Counted from the stretch's first letter, positions 32,425 through 42,215 are shown. The stretch is 64,000 nt of DNA from Candidatus Omnitrophota bacterium (GCA_044225175.1 JBGAJA010000002.1:146917-210916); one strand, 5' to 3'. Notes: generated from the letters alone by a model not told the origin. Translations and numbers: made by a program.

Positions 32425-32778
32425 ATGTTAAGACAATTAGCTAATAAAAAAGCCCAAAACACCGCCGAATACGCGCTTTTGATTGCCCTTGTTGTAGCCG
32501 GTGTTATTGCCATGCAAACATATGCCCAACGCGCTTTGCAAGCCCGCGTGAGAGACGCTTCCTTATACATGAGTAATACAACAAAGGAAATAGGAACAAC
32601 TAATCAATACGAGCCTTATTACACGCAAAGTAATTATGCTGTCTCCCGAGAATCAGAAAGCAATAAACAGCTAGCTGAAGGAACAGTAGCTCAAGGACAG
32701 GCAACCAATAGAACCCGTGCAAAGGGTGGTGAACAAAAATCCACATATGACAATGCAGTACTTCAAAGTGGTATTTAG
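32425..32778 (+). CDS. Flp-like pilin with C-terminal extension
   Basis: KA/QNTAEYALLIALVVAGVIAM; QRALQARVRDA...QYEPYY. Confidence 0.85.
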   Translation: MLRQLANKKAQNTAEYALLIALVVAGVIAMQTYAQRALQARVRDASLYMSNTTKEIGTTNQYEPYYTQSNYAVSRESESNKQLAEGTVAQGQATNRTRAKGGEQKSTYDNAVLQSGI

Positions 32779-32830
32779 GCAAACAATTGTAACTGTACAC
32801 ATAGTTTAAGACATATTTTAAGGAGGATGT

Positions 32831-33169
32831 ATGATTACATATCTTAATGGTAGAAAAGGGCAAAGCACCCTCGAATATGCGGTATTAATCATTATTATTA
32901 TCGCAGCCTTAATTGCCATCCAAACGTATATCAAGCGTGGTGTCCAGGGGCGCCTTAAATCCGCTTCAGACGATATTGGCGATCAATTTTCCCCAGGTAA
33001 TACCAATGTCATATGGGCAGAAAAAACCAGAACCAATGAACAACAGACTTTTGGGATTCAAGGGCAGGGAGTCCAATCAACTACATTGTTGTCCAATGAA
33101 GTAACTAACACAATCATGAAGTCGTCCGTTGCTAAATCAGACCAAGAATATTGGGGCACAGATAAATAA
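32831..33169 (+). CDS. Flp-like pilin with C-terminal extension
   Basis: KG/QSTLEYAVLIIIIIAALIAI; KRGVQGRLKSASDDIGDQFSP. Confidence 0.85.
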   Translation: MITYLNGRKGQSTLEYAVLIIIIIAALIAIQTYIKRGVQGRLKSASDDIGDQFSPGNTNVIWAEKTRTNEQQTFGIQGQGVQSTTLLSNEVTNTIMKSSVAKSDQEYWGTDK

Positions 33170-33200
33170 GGAGAAGTTTTTTAAAAGTAATGGAAGCACA

Positions 33201-33232
33201 AGAGGGTTCGGAAATCTCATTTCGAACCCTCT
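33201..33232 (+). terminator. Intergenic hairpin within the pilin array
   Basis: AGAGGGTTCG(G)AAAT/ATTTCGAACCCTCT stem; weak T tail. Confidence 0.5.
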
Positions 33233-33253
33233 ACACTTTAACTAATATTAAGG

Positions 33254-33451
33254 ATGATTATGAAAAAAAAGGGCCAAAGTACTGTGGAATACATTTTGCT
33301 CGTGACAGCAGTTGTAGCCGTCATTATTGTCATTGTTAACGGAGACAAGTCGCCTTTTCGCAAAAAGTTAAACACGACGATCGACACCATCACTAATGGA
33401 ATGGAAGATAAGGCGTTCACGCTTACCAATATGATGGGTAATCAACAGTAG
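33254..33451 (+). CDS. Flp-type pilin
   Basis: KG/QSTVEYILLVTAVVAVIIVIV. Confidence 0.85.
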   Translation: MIMKKKGQSTVEYILLVTAVVAVIIVIVNGDKSPFRKKLNTTIDTITNGMEDKAFTLTNMMGNQQ

Positions 33452-33461
33452 GTGATCAGAC

Positions 33462-33866
33462 ATGTTTAAAAGCCGCCAACAAGGAACGGTTTCTATCAGT
33501 GAATATATTTTGGTGTTCATACTTGTGGTTGCTGTGGTCGCTGCTATGGCCGTGTACATCCAAAGATCCCTTCAAGGTCGGCTGCGAGATGGCAGGCATT
33601 ATGCCATGACTAAATTTAGAGAAGAATGTGTGCGTACTAATTGCGTAGGTACAGGAGAAGTAGGAGAACAGTATGAACCATACTATCTCCAATCCAAGGC
33701 AAACATTGCTACAGACAGCCTTAAACACAAAGGACTGATGACATCCAAATTAGGAAGCTCGGGAATATTTGTCGCCAGAACTAGTTCTAATAATCAAAGC
33801 AATGCCCAGGCTACACAGCTTCCTCCAATGAATGCCATCAATGATCAAGTCCTGGGGAAAAAATAA
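33462..33866 (+). CDS. Flp-like pilin with C-terminal extension
   Basis: QG/TVSISEYILVFILVVAVVAAM; QRSLQGRLRDG...QYEPYY. Confidence 0.8.
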   Translation: MFKSRQQGTVSISEYILVFILVVAVVAAMAVYIQRSLQGRLRDGRHYAMTKFREECVRTNCVGTGEVGEQYEPYYLQSKANIATDSLKHKGLMTSKLGSSGIFVARTSSNNQSNAQATQLPPMNAINDQVLGKK

Positions 33867-34183
33867 TGAAGAACCAGGGACAAACCATACTGGAATATGT
33901 CATGCTCTTGGGGTTAGTCACAATTGTTTTGGTCTATATGAGTGTCGACATGAAACGAGCCGTGCAAAGTATGGTGAAAGTAACGGCCGACCAACTGGGC
34001 AATCAAGTCAATGCCGACCAAGACTTTAATGGTCAAATCAAACAAGGCATTATGACCAAATCTATGACCAATACATGGCAAGGACAGCAGCAGCTTCGCA
34101 GCGAAAGAGAAGGAATCATTAATCAGCAAGTAGGGGATTTCACAGATACGAAAACTAATACGACAACGAAAATAGATAATTAG
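33866..34183 (+). CDS. Flp-like pilin
   Basis: QG/QTILEYVMLLGLVTIVLVYM; KRAVQSMVKVTADQLGNQ. Confidence 0.82.
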   Translation: MKNQGQTILEYVMLLGLVTIVLVYMSVDMKRAVQSMVKVTADQLGNQVNADQDFNGQIKQGIMTKSMTNTWQGQQQLRSEREGIINQQVGDFTDTKTNTTTKIDN

Positions 34184-34200
34184 CATCCAGAAAGACATTC

Positions 34201-34539
34201 ATGCTTATGAAAAGATTATCCATTCAAAGAGGCCAAAGTTTAATCGAATACTCTATCCTGATTATTATTGTTATCGCTGTGTTTTTATCCATGAATAGCT
34301 ATTTTAAAAGAGGTATTCAAGGCCGCTGGAAAGCATCGATTGATGATTTAGGCGAACAATATGACCCGCGCACAACTAATTCTCTCATCAACTATGTCCT
34401 TAATAGCAGTTCGAATACTTCAATAGATGTGGTTCCAACGAGCAATGGAGATTTTTGGACCAACCGTGTGGACACTTCTTCTTCTTCCGAATCTAAGGGT
34501 GGACAAACGGTTGTAGGAGCCTTGCTCAACAAACTTTGA
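34201..34539 (+). CDS. Flp-like pilin
   Basis: RG/QSLIEYSILIIIVIAVFLSM; KRGIQGRWKASIDDLGEQYDP. Confidence 0.83.
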   Translation: MLMKRLSIQRGQSLIEYSILIIIVIAVFLSMNSYFKRGIQGRWKASIDDLGEQYDPRTTNSLINYVLNSSSNTSIDVVPTSNGDFWTNRVDTSSSSESKGGQTVVGALLNKL

Positions 34540-34545
34540 GAAGAT

Positions 34546-36171
34546 ATGTTTAATAGAAAATTCGTCAGATTCTTTAATGGCCCTTTCAAATCTCCACGCT
34601 CACAAAGCGGACAGGCTGTTATTGAAATTGCCCTTTTTGGCGCCATCCTGATCTTTTTAATAGGCGTTATTCTTCGCACTCATCTAAGTCATTCTTTTAG
34701 CACCAACCATCAAGTCAGGGCCATGAAGCTGGCTTTGCAGCAAAGTTATTTAGGCAGCGTCGGAAAGATTCCCAATAGTTCCAGAAACTCTGCCAGTATT
34801 CTCTTTATAGAAGACAGGCTCTCACCGGACTTAAATAAATTTGCAGCGATTGAAAGAAATCCATTTGTCGCCAATGGTTCAGGAACAATGACTGATCGAC
34901 TAAACTACCCAATCGATTTTGGGGAGGTAGGGCATAATCTTCCTATCATGGATATTTTTGTCAACGGCCAGCACTTCCCTTTGACGGTAGGGGCCTATGT
35001 CTTTAGAGTCATTTATCCGCAAAATGACACAGATGCAAAAGGAGATGCTTGTCCTCCTGATTTTATGGGGCCTGATCATGGTCCAGAATTTATCAGATGC
35101 CTTCGTCAGGAGCATGAATGGAAAGAAGGATCACCCACATTCTATCAACAGATTGTTAACGGAACACAAGACTATAACCCCCTCGCTTCCAAAGACAGTT
35201 GGGACCTATTACGCAATAATTGGGACAAAAATCGTCTCACTAAGCCTATTACGGGCAATGTTTTCTCGGATGATGTGGATGAAGGCATTATTCGTAATTA
35301 TATTGCCTGGCAGTGGAAGCCTATCAAAGGCGTAGGCTCAAGTCTTGACTTTGGTTCAGACGATAATCCTAACTATCCTTCAATGGACTTTTTAGGGAAT
35401 CTTAGAGAACAAACCGCTTATTATGTCAGTCAAAAACCTGTAGATAAATTATTGGCCATTTTAAGTTCACCTTCTCTGGCGTTTTATGAAATTAACCCTG
35501 GCGGCGGCGGTAGTTATGCAGCAGGAAACAGCGGGTACGTCTTATCGTTGACCGATGAATTGACTAATGCTCCAACAGGATTTAATTTTACAAACCCCAA
35601 AAGTTGTGACACAGGAAACGGTATGGGAGTTTTGTGCTTGACCCGCGCCCCATCGGCAGGAAATATTACAGGAGTTGTTGTTTTGGATAATCAGGCAGGA
35701 GATATTGATCTGGCCTATGATGATAAAACATCTCCTGGTCCTAAACCAGGTCTTATGCAGCAAATGGCCATTTACAGCTGGGTCGTTCCTCCGGATGGTA
35801 AAAAACAAGGAACATTCATGCAAATTAAAGAAGGAAAATTGTATAATCCTGAGACCCATCAAGTCGTGCGAAGCATTAGCAGCAAAGACCACGTGGATTT
35901 GATCTCACGCATGTTTCAACTGAGCAATAATACCCAGCGCTTTTGCAAGACAAGCATTATGTATGGATCAACTCCTGTTCCTTATTTGGCCGATCAAAGT
36001 CCTGATGCTAATCATCCTGTTCCAAATCCGGTTGAGGCATGTGGAGAGTGTAATAGTAAAAACATTAACAAAACTTGTTTTGATCCGGCCTCTCGGATTT
36101 TATTTATCAGGACATTGATAGGGGATGCAACCACACGCAAGTGGTTTACAGATGTAACCAAGGGATTATAA
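34546..36171 (+). CDS. Large TadE-like pseudopilin (541 aa)
   Basis: SG/QAVIEIALFGAILIFLIGVIL followed by a large Cys-containing extracellular domain. Confidence 0.72.
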   Translation: MFNRKFVRFFNGPFKSPRSQSGQAVIEIALFGAILIFLIGVILRTHLSHSFSTNHQVRAMKLALQQSYLGSVGKIPNSSRNSASILFIEDRLSPDLNKFAAIERNPFVANGSGTMTDRLNYPIDFGEVGHNLPIMDIFVNGQHFPLTVGAYVFRVIYPQNDTDAKGDACPPDFMGPDHGPEFIRCLRQEHEWKEGSPTFYQQIVNGTQDYNPLASKDSWDLLRNNWDKNRLTKPITGNVFSDDVDEGIIRNYIAWQWKPIKGVGSSLDFGSDDNPNYPSMDFLGNLREQTAYYVSQKPVDKLLAILSSPSLAFYEINPGGGGSYAAGNSGYVLSLTDELTNAPTGFNFTNPKSCDTGNGMGVLCLTRAPSAGNITGVVVLDNQAGDIDLAYDDKTSPGPKPGLMQQMAIYSWVVPPDGKKQGTFMQIKEGKLYNPETHQVVRSISSKDHVDLISRMFQLSNNTQRFCKTSIMYGSTPVPYLADQSPDANHPVPNPVEACGECNSKNINKTCFDPASRILFIRTLIGDATTRKWFTDVTKGL

Positions 36172-36173
36172 AA

Positions 36174-36425
36174 ATGAAAAACAAAACAGCCCAATCCACG
36201 ATTGAATTTACTTTTGCCATGGTTGCGGTTGCTTTGTTGATTTTTTCTTTGGTCAAAACTTTTCGATGGGTGGGTATGGATTACGCCCAAAGCGCCTATC
36301 TTCAAGAACAGTCTAATATTTTTGTTCATAACGATAAGTGTGAACAAAGAGGCGACTGCTTTAGTTTAAACGCTGAAAACAATACGCGTGGACAGCGATT
36401 AGGTGCTTTTACAAGGAAGTATTAA
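36174..36425 (+). CDS. TadE-like pseudopilin
   Basis: TA/QSTIEFTFAMVAVALLIFSLV; start re-called to ATG 36174. Confidence 0.75.
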   Translation: MKNKTAQSTIEFTFAMVAVALLIFSLVKTFRWVGMDYAQSAYLQEQSNIFVHNDKCEQRGDCFSLNAENNTRGQRLGAFTRKY

Positions 36426-36426
36426 T

Positions 36427-39400
36427 ATGGATCAAAACACTAAGAAGAAAAAATATCGCGGACTATTATCATCATTTCAAAGAGGCCCCCAAGGGCAGAC
36501 ATCTTTGATTATGATTTTGATATTGGCTGCGGCTTTTATTTTTTATGCGATTTCCTTAAATTGGAGCAAAATTTCCAGTGTTAAAACAACGTTGTGGATG
36601 GCGAGTGTCACGGCCTCTGCTCAATCGGCGTCGATGTTTGCCAGCTATGGCGAAAGGGTCATTCAAGAGCAGCTTATTCCTTTAGGAGGCATTGAATACA
36701 ATAACGGGAATCTTAGGCATGAAGAAAATGGCCTAGGGGTCCTTATCTTTAAGATATTTATTATTATCGTTGTAGCTATTTTAACCTGGTATATGGGTGG
36801 GTATCCTGCGGCTATTCTTGTGGCAGCCATGATGACAACAAGTTTGGTCATTGAATACATGGTCATTCGGCCCATGACATTTTCGATGTGGAACAAGCTG
36901 CAGCAAAACCTTCAGCCTGTCGACCAATTCCGTGAGTCTGCAATCACGACGGGGATGCAGCAAATCGTCACCGACAGCGTAACTGTGCCGGACCGCTTTG
37001 ATTTAAATGTGAATGGTCTTTGGGGTGCATCGACAAATCCTTCGGACCCCATCAGTCGTTTTGCTTTGTTTTATACCGAACGATTAAAAGCCGTCAAACC
37101 ACCAGATACGGCAGGGATTGAAGCCTTTCAAACAGGCCTTAATAATTTAATCACTCAACCAACACCAGCTAATATCATGGGTCCAACACTAGAAGAGCCG
37201 GGACTTGGGTTTACCCCCTATTGCACAGGAAAAAATTCTTCCGACCCACAATGCAATCCTCAGTGCACAGGAATTTTCAATAGACCTGCACTAGGTAATA
37301 AATCTTCTGGGTTTGGATGGCGGTATACCAAAGATACTGACCAGATCACTTATTATGTTCCAGGACAATGTATTCAAGCTAATGGCACAAAGTATCGTCT
37401 GCAATATAATAGCGCAAAAGAAGGAGGCCCTAAAAAAGCTGATCCTAATGATCCAACTAATTCTTTTCGATACCGTTTAGGCTTCGACGACGAAATAGGA
37501 AAAAGTTTAAATAGCGACAAAACCAATGGCTCAATAGATGGCTCTCCCGTTTACCATCCGGCTACATCTTTAAAAAATGGACTTGTTTTTCCCATGCTTA
37601 ATCAAATGTATAAGATAGATCCTTCTATCTATGAGCCCGTGGCTCTTGGAGCTTTGAGTGCTGATCTTTCTAAAGAGGCTCAAGCGCAGTATTCAAAATT
37701 ATATACGGACAGCGTCACGCCCATGGCTAACTATTTGGCAGGTGATGTTGATTGCGCACAAATGAGAAACTCATCCGAAGGCTTTTATTGGAAAAAAGGG
37801 GCAGACCGCTATTGCTCAGGATTTGTGCAAAGCTATCCTTTAGAAGTAGCAAGTCTAGCCAATAAAAATGTCAGCTACGCTCCATCCACAGCAAGCCAAG
37901 AGCCTAATTATCATTGGCCATATTATCAGTGTCAATACATGCTTAACTCCCAAGGAGAAATTCAGCAATGCGCAGACAGTCCTAATAAGAAACTTTGGCC
38001 TCAAGACCGCATGGACAATTTGGTGTATCAAATCAACGAATTTATTCAATTTAACAATACCATTAAAGGGATGGACAAAAAAAGTTTGGTTGCTTCTTTT
38101 GATCAATGGTATCAAACTGTAATGCCTTTTATTGCTCCTCGATGTTCAGAAGGAAATAGTAATACGCCACTAGATCAATTTGTTTCGGTCAATTTTAAAC
38201 ACATGACGGTCTTTACAAGTGATGCGGCTATTTGCAATCCAGATGCTCAAGGATACATGTATCAATGGATTTATGATTTGCAGAATTGGCAGAAGCTGAT
38301 TAAAGACCCTGCGGACCCTAAAAAAGGGTGGATCAATCAAAGTTTTGGGGACCCAGCAAAAGATTTATGCAGTGGAAAACTTTCGAATTCGGACCCTATG
38401 AACCCAGGGATTGCAGAGTGTTTGGAGAATAAATCCATCTATACGAAACAATTGGATAAGTGCGATAATAATTTTCCTAAACCTACAGAACAGGATGAAC
38501 ATGGGCAATGGATTTATAGCAATGTGTATTTAAATCCAGAGTGCATTGAAGTCATGTACCATCGTCAAACCCAACCATCCAGATTTTTGACCACGTTATC
38601 AGGAACATTTACAAATATTCCTTCATTCCCGCCGCCTTCAGATTTTAAGTTTCCTGTGAATAATAAAGAAACCTATTTCGCTATTAAAGGCTGGGTTAAA
38701 GACAACCGTATCTTAATGGATGCAGTGTATAACAAGAAAATCGTTGTTCAGAATTTGTATAAGTATGCTCAGCAATCCGCTAGTCTTTTTGAAGAAGGGG
38801 CCCAAGAGTTTAGTCGATTCTTAGGTCTGGGAGCTCCGGCCTATGCACTGATGGATAGTGTTTCTGATCGCATAAGTTCGATCAAACGATTGCCTAGTTT
38901 TGCTATCTATGGGTGGAAGGACCATAAGGGACCTATTGGCAGTAATACCAATAATGAATTGTGGCATTTGGCACGTATTGAAGTGGCCCAGCCAGGTCGA
39001 TTGCCGTGGATTAAGATTACCAAACACGGGGCTTTAGGTTCTAATGTGCGCTATACCTATACCGATGGGCAGGGGGATGTTTTGGTCAGAGCCACCCGTT
39101 GGGACCAAAGTTTCGATGGAGGAATAGCCAATTTTGCTAATGGTCTTAAGATATGGAAATTTAGATATGGGAATCCTAAATATAAGGATACGGACACAAA
39201 CACCGGCGGAGAATTAGAGAATATGTGTATGGAGAAAGATACCGGTGCGGGAGGAGTAATATTTGGATATGGTCTTACTTCAGACACCAGAGCTGCATTG
39301 CAAGCGAATTTGCCTCATAATCCTTCTGTTCAAAGTAATTCTTCGGAAGGCAAGGCTTATTCAACGGCTTTCATGCTGAATTTAGATCCAAGAGCCAGCA

Positions 39401-39807
39401 CAGATAAGCTCACATCTCAGATCAAAGATCCAGTGCCTGATAAAAACACGTGCCATTTCGCAGATAAATGCGGAACATTAAATGACTATGCCGCATGCTG
39501 TGCGAAAGCGCCCTCGGGATATTATGGCAAAGACTGGCAGCAGTATTGTCAAAAAACAAATTTGGCTCGATGCCAGAAAAACAAGCAAATCAAAGAGATT
39601 ATTGATAATTTAAAAGACACAGAAGGTTGTTTTTATGGGGCTACAGATTTATTAAACACAGGAGTTCAATCTATTTCAGGGGCGCACTTTGGTGTCCCCA
39701 ATGAAAAACCCTATCACTTAGGTATATTCTTTCACAGTTCAGCAGACGCAAAAAAACAGGGAGTTTTTACAAGGGATACGTATAATGATCATTCCCAATA
39801 TGACTAA
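36427..39807 (+). CDS. Very large TadG-like pseudopilin / putative tip adhesin (about 1126 aa)
   Basis: QG/QTSLIMILILAAAFIFYAISLNW without Glu5 (TadG-like), an extra TM hairpin, and a Cys-rich extracellular body. Confidence 0.68.
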   Translation: MDQNTKKKKYRGLLSSFQRGPQGQTSLIMILILAAAFIFYAISLNWSKISSVKTTLWMASVTASAQSASMFASYGERVIQEQLIPLGGIEYNNGNLRHEENGLGVLIFKIFIIIVVAILTWYMGGYPAAILVAAMMTTSLVIEYMVIRPMTFSMWNKLQQNLQPVDQFRESAITTGMQQIVTDSVTVPDRFDLNVNGLWGASTNPSDPISRFALFYTERLKAVKPPDTAGIEAFQTGLNNLITQPTPANIMGPTLEEPGLGFTPYCTGKNSSDPQCNPQCTGIFNRPALGNKSSGFGWRYTKDTDQITYYVPGQCIQANGTKYRLQYNSAKEGGPKKADPNDPTNSFRYRLGFDDEIGKSLNSDKTNGSIDGSPVYHPATSLKNGLVFPMLNQMYKIDPSIYEPVALGALSADLSKEAQAQYSKLYTDSVTPMANYLAGDVDCAQMRNSSEGFYWKKGADRYCSGFVQSYPLEVASLANKNVSYAPSTASQEPNYHWPYYQCQYMLNSQGEIQQCADSPNKKLWPQDRMDNLVYQINEFIQFNNTIKGMDKKSLVASFDQWYQTVMPFIAPRCSEGNSNTPLDQFVSVNFKHMTVFTSDAAICNPDAQGYMYQWIYDLQNWQKLIKDPADPKKGWINQSFGDPAKDLCSGKLSNSDPMNPGIAECLENKSIYTKQLDKCDNNFPKPTEQDEHGQWIYSNVYLNPECIEVMYHRQTQPSRFLTTLSGTFTNIPSFPPPSDFKFPVNNKETYFAIKGWVKDNRILMDAVYNKKIVVQNLYKYAQQSASLFEEGAQEFSRFLGLGAPAYALMDSVSDRISSIKRLPSFAIYGWKDHKGPIGSNTNNELWHLARIEVAQPGRLPWIKITKHGALGSNVRYTYTDGQGDVLVRATRWDQSFDGGIANFANGLKIWKFRYGNPKYKDTDTNTGGELENMCMEKDTGAGGVIFGYGLTSDTRAALQANLPHNPSVQSNSSEGKAYSTAFMLNLDPRASTDKLTSQIKDPVPDKNTCHFADKCGTLNDYAACCAKAPSGYYGKDWQQYCQKTNLARCQKNKQIKEIIDNLKDTEGCFYGATDLLNTGVQSISGAHFGVPNEKPYHLGIFFHSSADAKKQGVFTRDTYNDHSQYD

Positions 39808-40243
39808 AAAGAACTTTAAGAACAATCAGGGAGCGAGTTTGATTGAGTATGCTTTTCTGATTATTCTTATTCTCTCAGCCATGTGGGTCATGAAAGACAT
39901 GATCAGTCGTGGAATTTTTGCCAAGTACAGGCAATCTGGAGAAAGTTTTGGATTTGGTCGTCAGTATGATGCTAAACGCACGAGTGTGTGCAGGCAGGAC
40001 GTCAAAAGTTATAAAGACGATGGTACAGTCAATGAAGTAAGCGAATTTTATGATGAAGATTGTTATCAAACCCGTGTTAGGCGTCCGGCGAGTTTCAATT
40101 TAGAAGCACCGGGAACCTGGAACACCGAAGGCGGATGCCCTGCATGTGACCCCGGCAACACATCGGATTCCAAAGCATGCTTTAAATGTGAGGATGACAT
40201 TAAAAAACAATGCGCTGTTGATCACGCATATTGTTTGCAATAG
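39800..40243 (+). CDS. Flp-like pilin with Cys-rich C-terminus
   Basis: QG/ASLIEYAFLIILILSAMWVM; CPAC, CFKC and other Cys. Confidence 0.78.
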   Translation: MTKKNFKNNQGASLIEYAFLIILILSAMWVMKDMISRGIFAKYRQSGESFGFGRQYDAKRTSVCRQDVKSYKDDGTVNEVSEFYDEDCYQTRVRRPASFNLEAPGTWNTEGGCPACDPGNTSDSKACFKCEDDIKKQCAVDHAYCLQ

Positions 40244-40249
40244 AATGAC

Positions 40250-40277
40250 GTAGAGACGCAAAATCTTGCGTCTCTAC
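40250..40277. repeat. GTAG-type REP-like palindrome
   Basis: GTAGAGACGCAA AATC TTGCGTCTCTAC, perfect 12-bp stem beginning GTAG. Confidence 0.7.
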
Positions 40278-40295
40278 AGAAATATTTAAGGACAT

Positions 40296-41153
40296 ATGAT
40301 TACACTTATTTTATTTTTGATTTTTATTTCTTTTGCAGCATTGACGTATAGCCTTCTTCCCATCTTGACCAGAGGCGCAACAGACATCAATCAGCGTCAG
40401 GCCCAGCAGGTCTTAAATAATGCAGATCTTTATTTGCAAGATGCAGATTTGCAAAAGGCCCAACGCATTACGCTCGTCATGCCCGCTGTTCTGGCCATTT
40501 GTGGTTTCTTGTTTTTTCCAGAAAATCTTCGCGTTCCAGGGGCTATTATCGGAGTGATCGTTGGAATCATTATCCCGCGTATTTATGTTTCTAGCCTTAT
40601 CAGCAAAAGAAAAGAAAAGTTTAATGATCAGCTGGTTGATGCTCTGATGATTATGTCGAGTTCTTTTCGAGGGGGGCTTTCTTTGGTGCAGGCGATTGAG
40701 GCGGTCGTTGATGAAATGCCAGATCCTGTTAAGCGAGAGTTCGGAATTGTTTTGGGAGAAAATAAAATGGGCGTTTCTTTGGAAGAAAGCTTGACGCGTC
40801 TACAGGTTCGCATGCCATCGGTTGCCCTTCAACAAATGATTACAGCCATCTTGCTTGCTCGTGAAACAGGCGGTAATCTGCCTGTGATTTTCTCAAGGAT
40901 TGTCAGCACCATTCGAGAACGAAAGAAAATTGAACAAAATCTGAAGACATTAACCATTCAAGGAAAGATTCAAGCCGTTGTCATGACCCTCCTTCCTCTG
41001 TTCTTTGTGATGGGTGTTAGTGCGACGAATCCAAAGTTTTTTGATGTCATGTTTCGTCTCCCCGAAGGCAGGCAGATGTTAATGGTTTGTGTTGTTCTAT
41101 GGGTTGTTGGGGCTATATTAATTTGGAGAATCAGCAAATTTAAGGAAGTTTAA
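40296..41153 (+). CDS. tadB: Tad inner-membrane platform protein TadB
   Basis: FNDQLVDALMIMSSSFRGGLSL, PVKREF, ETGGNL, LTIQGK. Confidence 0.92.
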   Translation: MITLILFLIFISFAALTYSLLPILTRGATDINQRQAQQVLNNADLYLQDADLQKAQRITLVMPAVLAICGFLFFPENLRVPGAIIGVIVGIIIPRIYVSSLISKRKEKFNDQLVDALMIMSSSFRGGLSLVQAIEAVVDEMPDPVKREFGIVLGENKMGVSLEESLTRLQVRMPSVALQQMITAILLARETGGNLPVIFSRIVSTIRERKKIEQNLKTLTIQGKIQAVVMTLLPLFFVMGVSATNPKFFDVMFRLPEGRQMLMVCVVLWVVGAILIWRISKFKEV

Positions 41154-41156
41154 TTT

Positions 41157-42062
41157 ATGTTAACCATGGCCATGTTGTTAGTTTTTCTAGCTATTTTTGC
41201 GGCGATCTTAGCTTTCATTCCTTTTGATAGTCGTCCCACATTAAAGTTGGACATGACATTGACGCCAAGCCCCTTTGGACAAGAAATACAGACCAAAAAG
41301 AAAAGCCCTCTTTCCGGTCTAGTAAGTCTTTTAAGAAAGGCGGCTTTTTTTAATAAGCCTTTTACCAAGTCGGATTTAGGACAAAGAATATTCAGAGATT
41401 TGTCCTTAAGTCAGACACCCATATCGACGGAAGAATTCCTTTTGATAAAACAAATTTTGGTTGTCGTCCTTATTTTGATTTCTATCAAGATCAATCCAGA
41501 CCCCTCCTTCTTAATGTTTTCTGTTTTAATGGCGGTTGCAGGTGGGTATATTCTTCCCGAATTCTGGCTACGTATGCGAGTTAAAAAAATTAAAGAGTCC
41601 ATTTTGCGTGATTTGCCAGATACGGTTGATCTTTTAGGTCTTTGCGTGAACGCTGGTCTTGATTTTATGATGGCCCTTCGTTATGTGGTGGAAAAGTCAC
41701 AACCCTCAGTCATCATCGAAGAGCTTAGGATCATGATGCAGGAAATCAATGTAGGTAAGCCTCGCAGGGATGCTCTGCGGGATTTATCTAGGAAATATGA
41801 AATGCCGGATTTGGCGACCTTCTCTCGTACCTTGATCCAAGCAGATCGCATGGGTACCTCGGTGTCAGAGGCCCTTAATATTCTCTCCGAAGATATGCGC
41901 GAAACCCGCTATCGCAGAGGCGAAGCCATGGCGCTCAAAGCCCCTCTTAAAATGCTTATTCCCCTGTTATTGTGCATTTTCCCAGTTGTGGCCCTTTTAG
42001 TCGCCGGCCCCATCTTCCTAGACTTCATGCACAACAACCCTCTACAGAACTTAGCCAAATAA
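41157..42062 (+). CDS. tadC: Tad inner-membrane platform protein TadC
   Basis: LPDTVDLLGLCVNAGLDF, GKPRRDAL, QADRMGTSV, KAPLKMLIPLLLCIFP. Confidence 0.92.
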   Translation: MLTMAMLLVFLAIFAAILAFIPFDSRPTLKLDMTLTPSPFGQEIQTKKKSPLSGLVSLLRKAAFFNKPFTKSDLGQRIFRDLSLSQTPISTEEFLLIKQILVVVLILISIKINPDPSFLMFSVLMAVAGGYILPEFWLRMRVKKIKESILRDLPDTVDLLGLCVNAGLDFMMALRYVVEKSQPSVIIEELRIMMQEINVGKPRRDALRDLSRKYEMPDLATFSRTLIQADRMGTSVSEALNILSEDMRETRYRRGEAMALKAPLKMLIPLLLCIFPVVALLVAGPIFLDFMHNNPLQNLAK

Positions 42063-42083
42063 AAAGGTGTCAGACACCTTTTT
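42061..42083. repeat. REP-like palindrome copy 1
   Basis: AAAAAGGTGTC A GACACCTTTTT; overlaps the tadC stop codon. Confidence 0.9.
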
Positions 42084-42192
42084 ATTGACTATTTTTAGAT
42101 GAATAATTATCATTTTGTCATCTGATTCTCCCCATCAGAAGCAATCCATACCCCAATTGCTAAGTAATTTCAAAAAATCAAAATTCCTATCC

Positions 42193-42215
42193 AAAAAGGT
42201 GTCAGACACCTTTTT
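42193..42215. repeat. REP-like palindrome copy 2
   Basis: Identical 23-mer AAAAAGGTGTCAGACACCTTTTT. Confidence 0.9.

Noticed and set aside
31944-40243. Diversity-generating retroelement or shufflon acting on the pilins
   Set aside because: No reverse transcriptase, site-specific recombinase or near-identical DNA repeats seen; the paralogues are similar only at protein level
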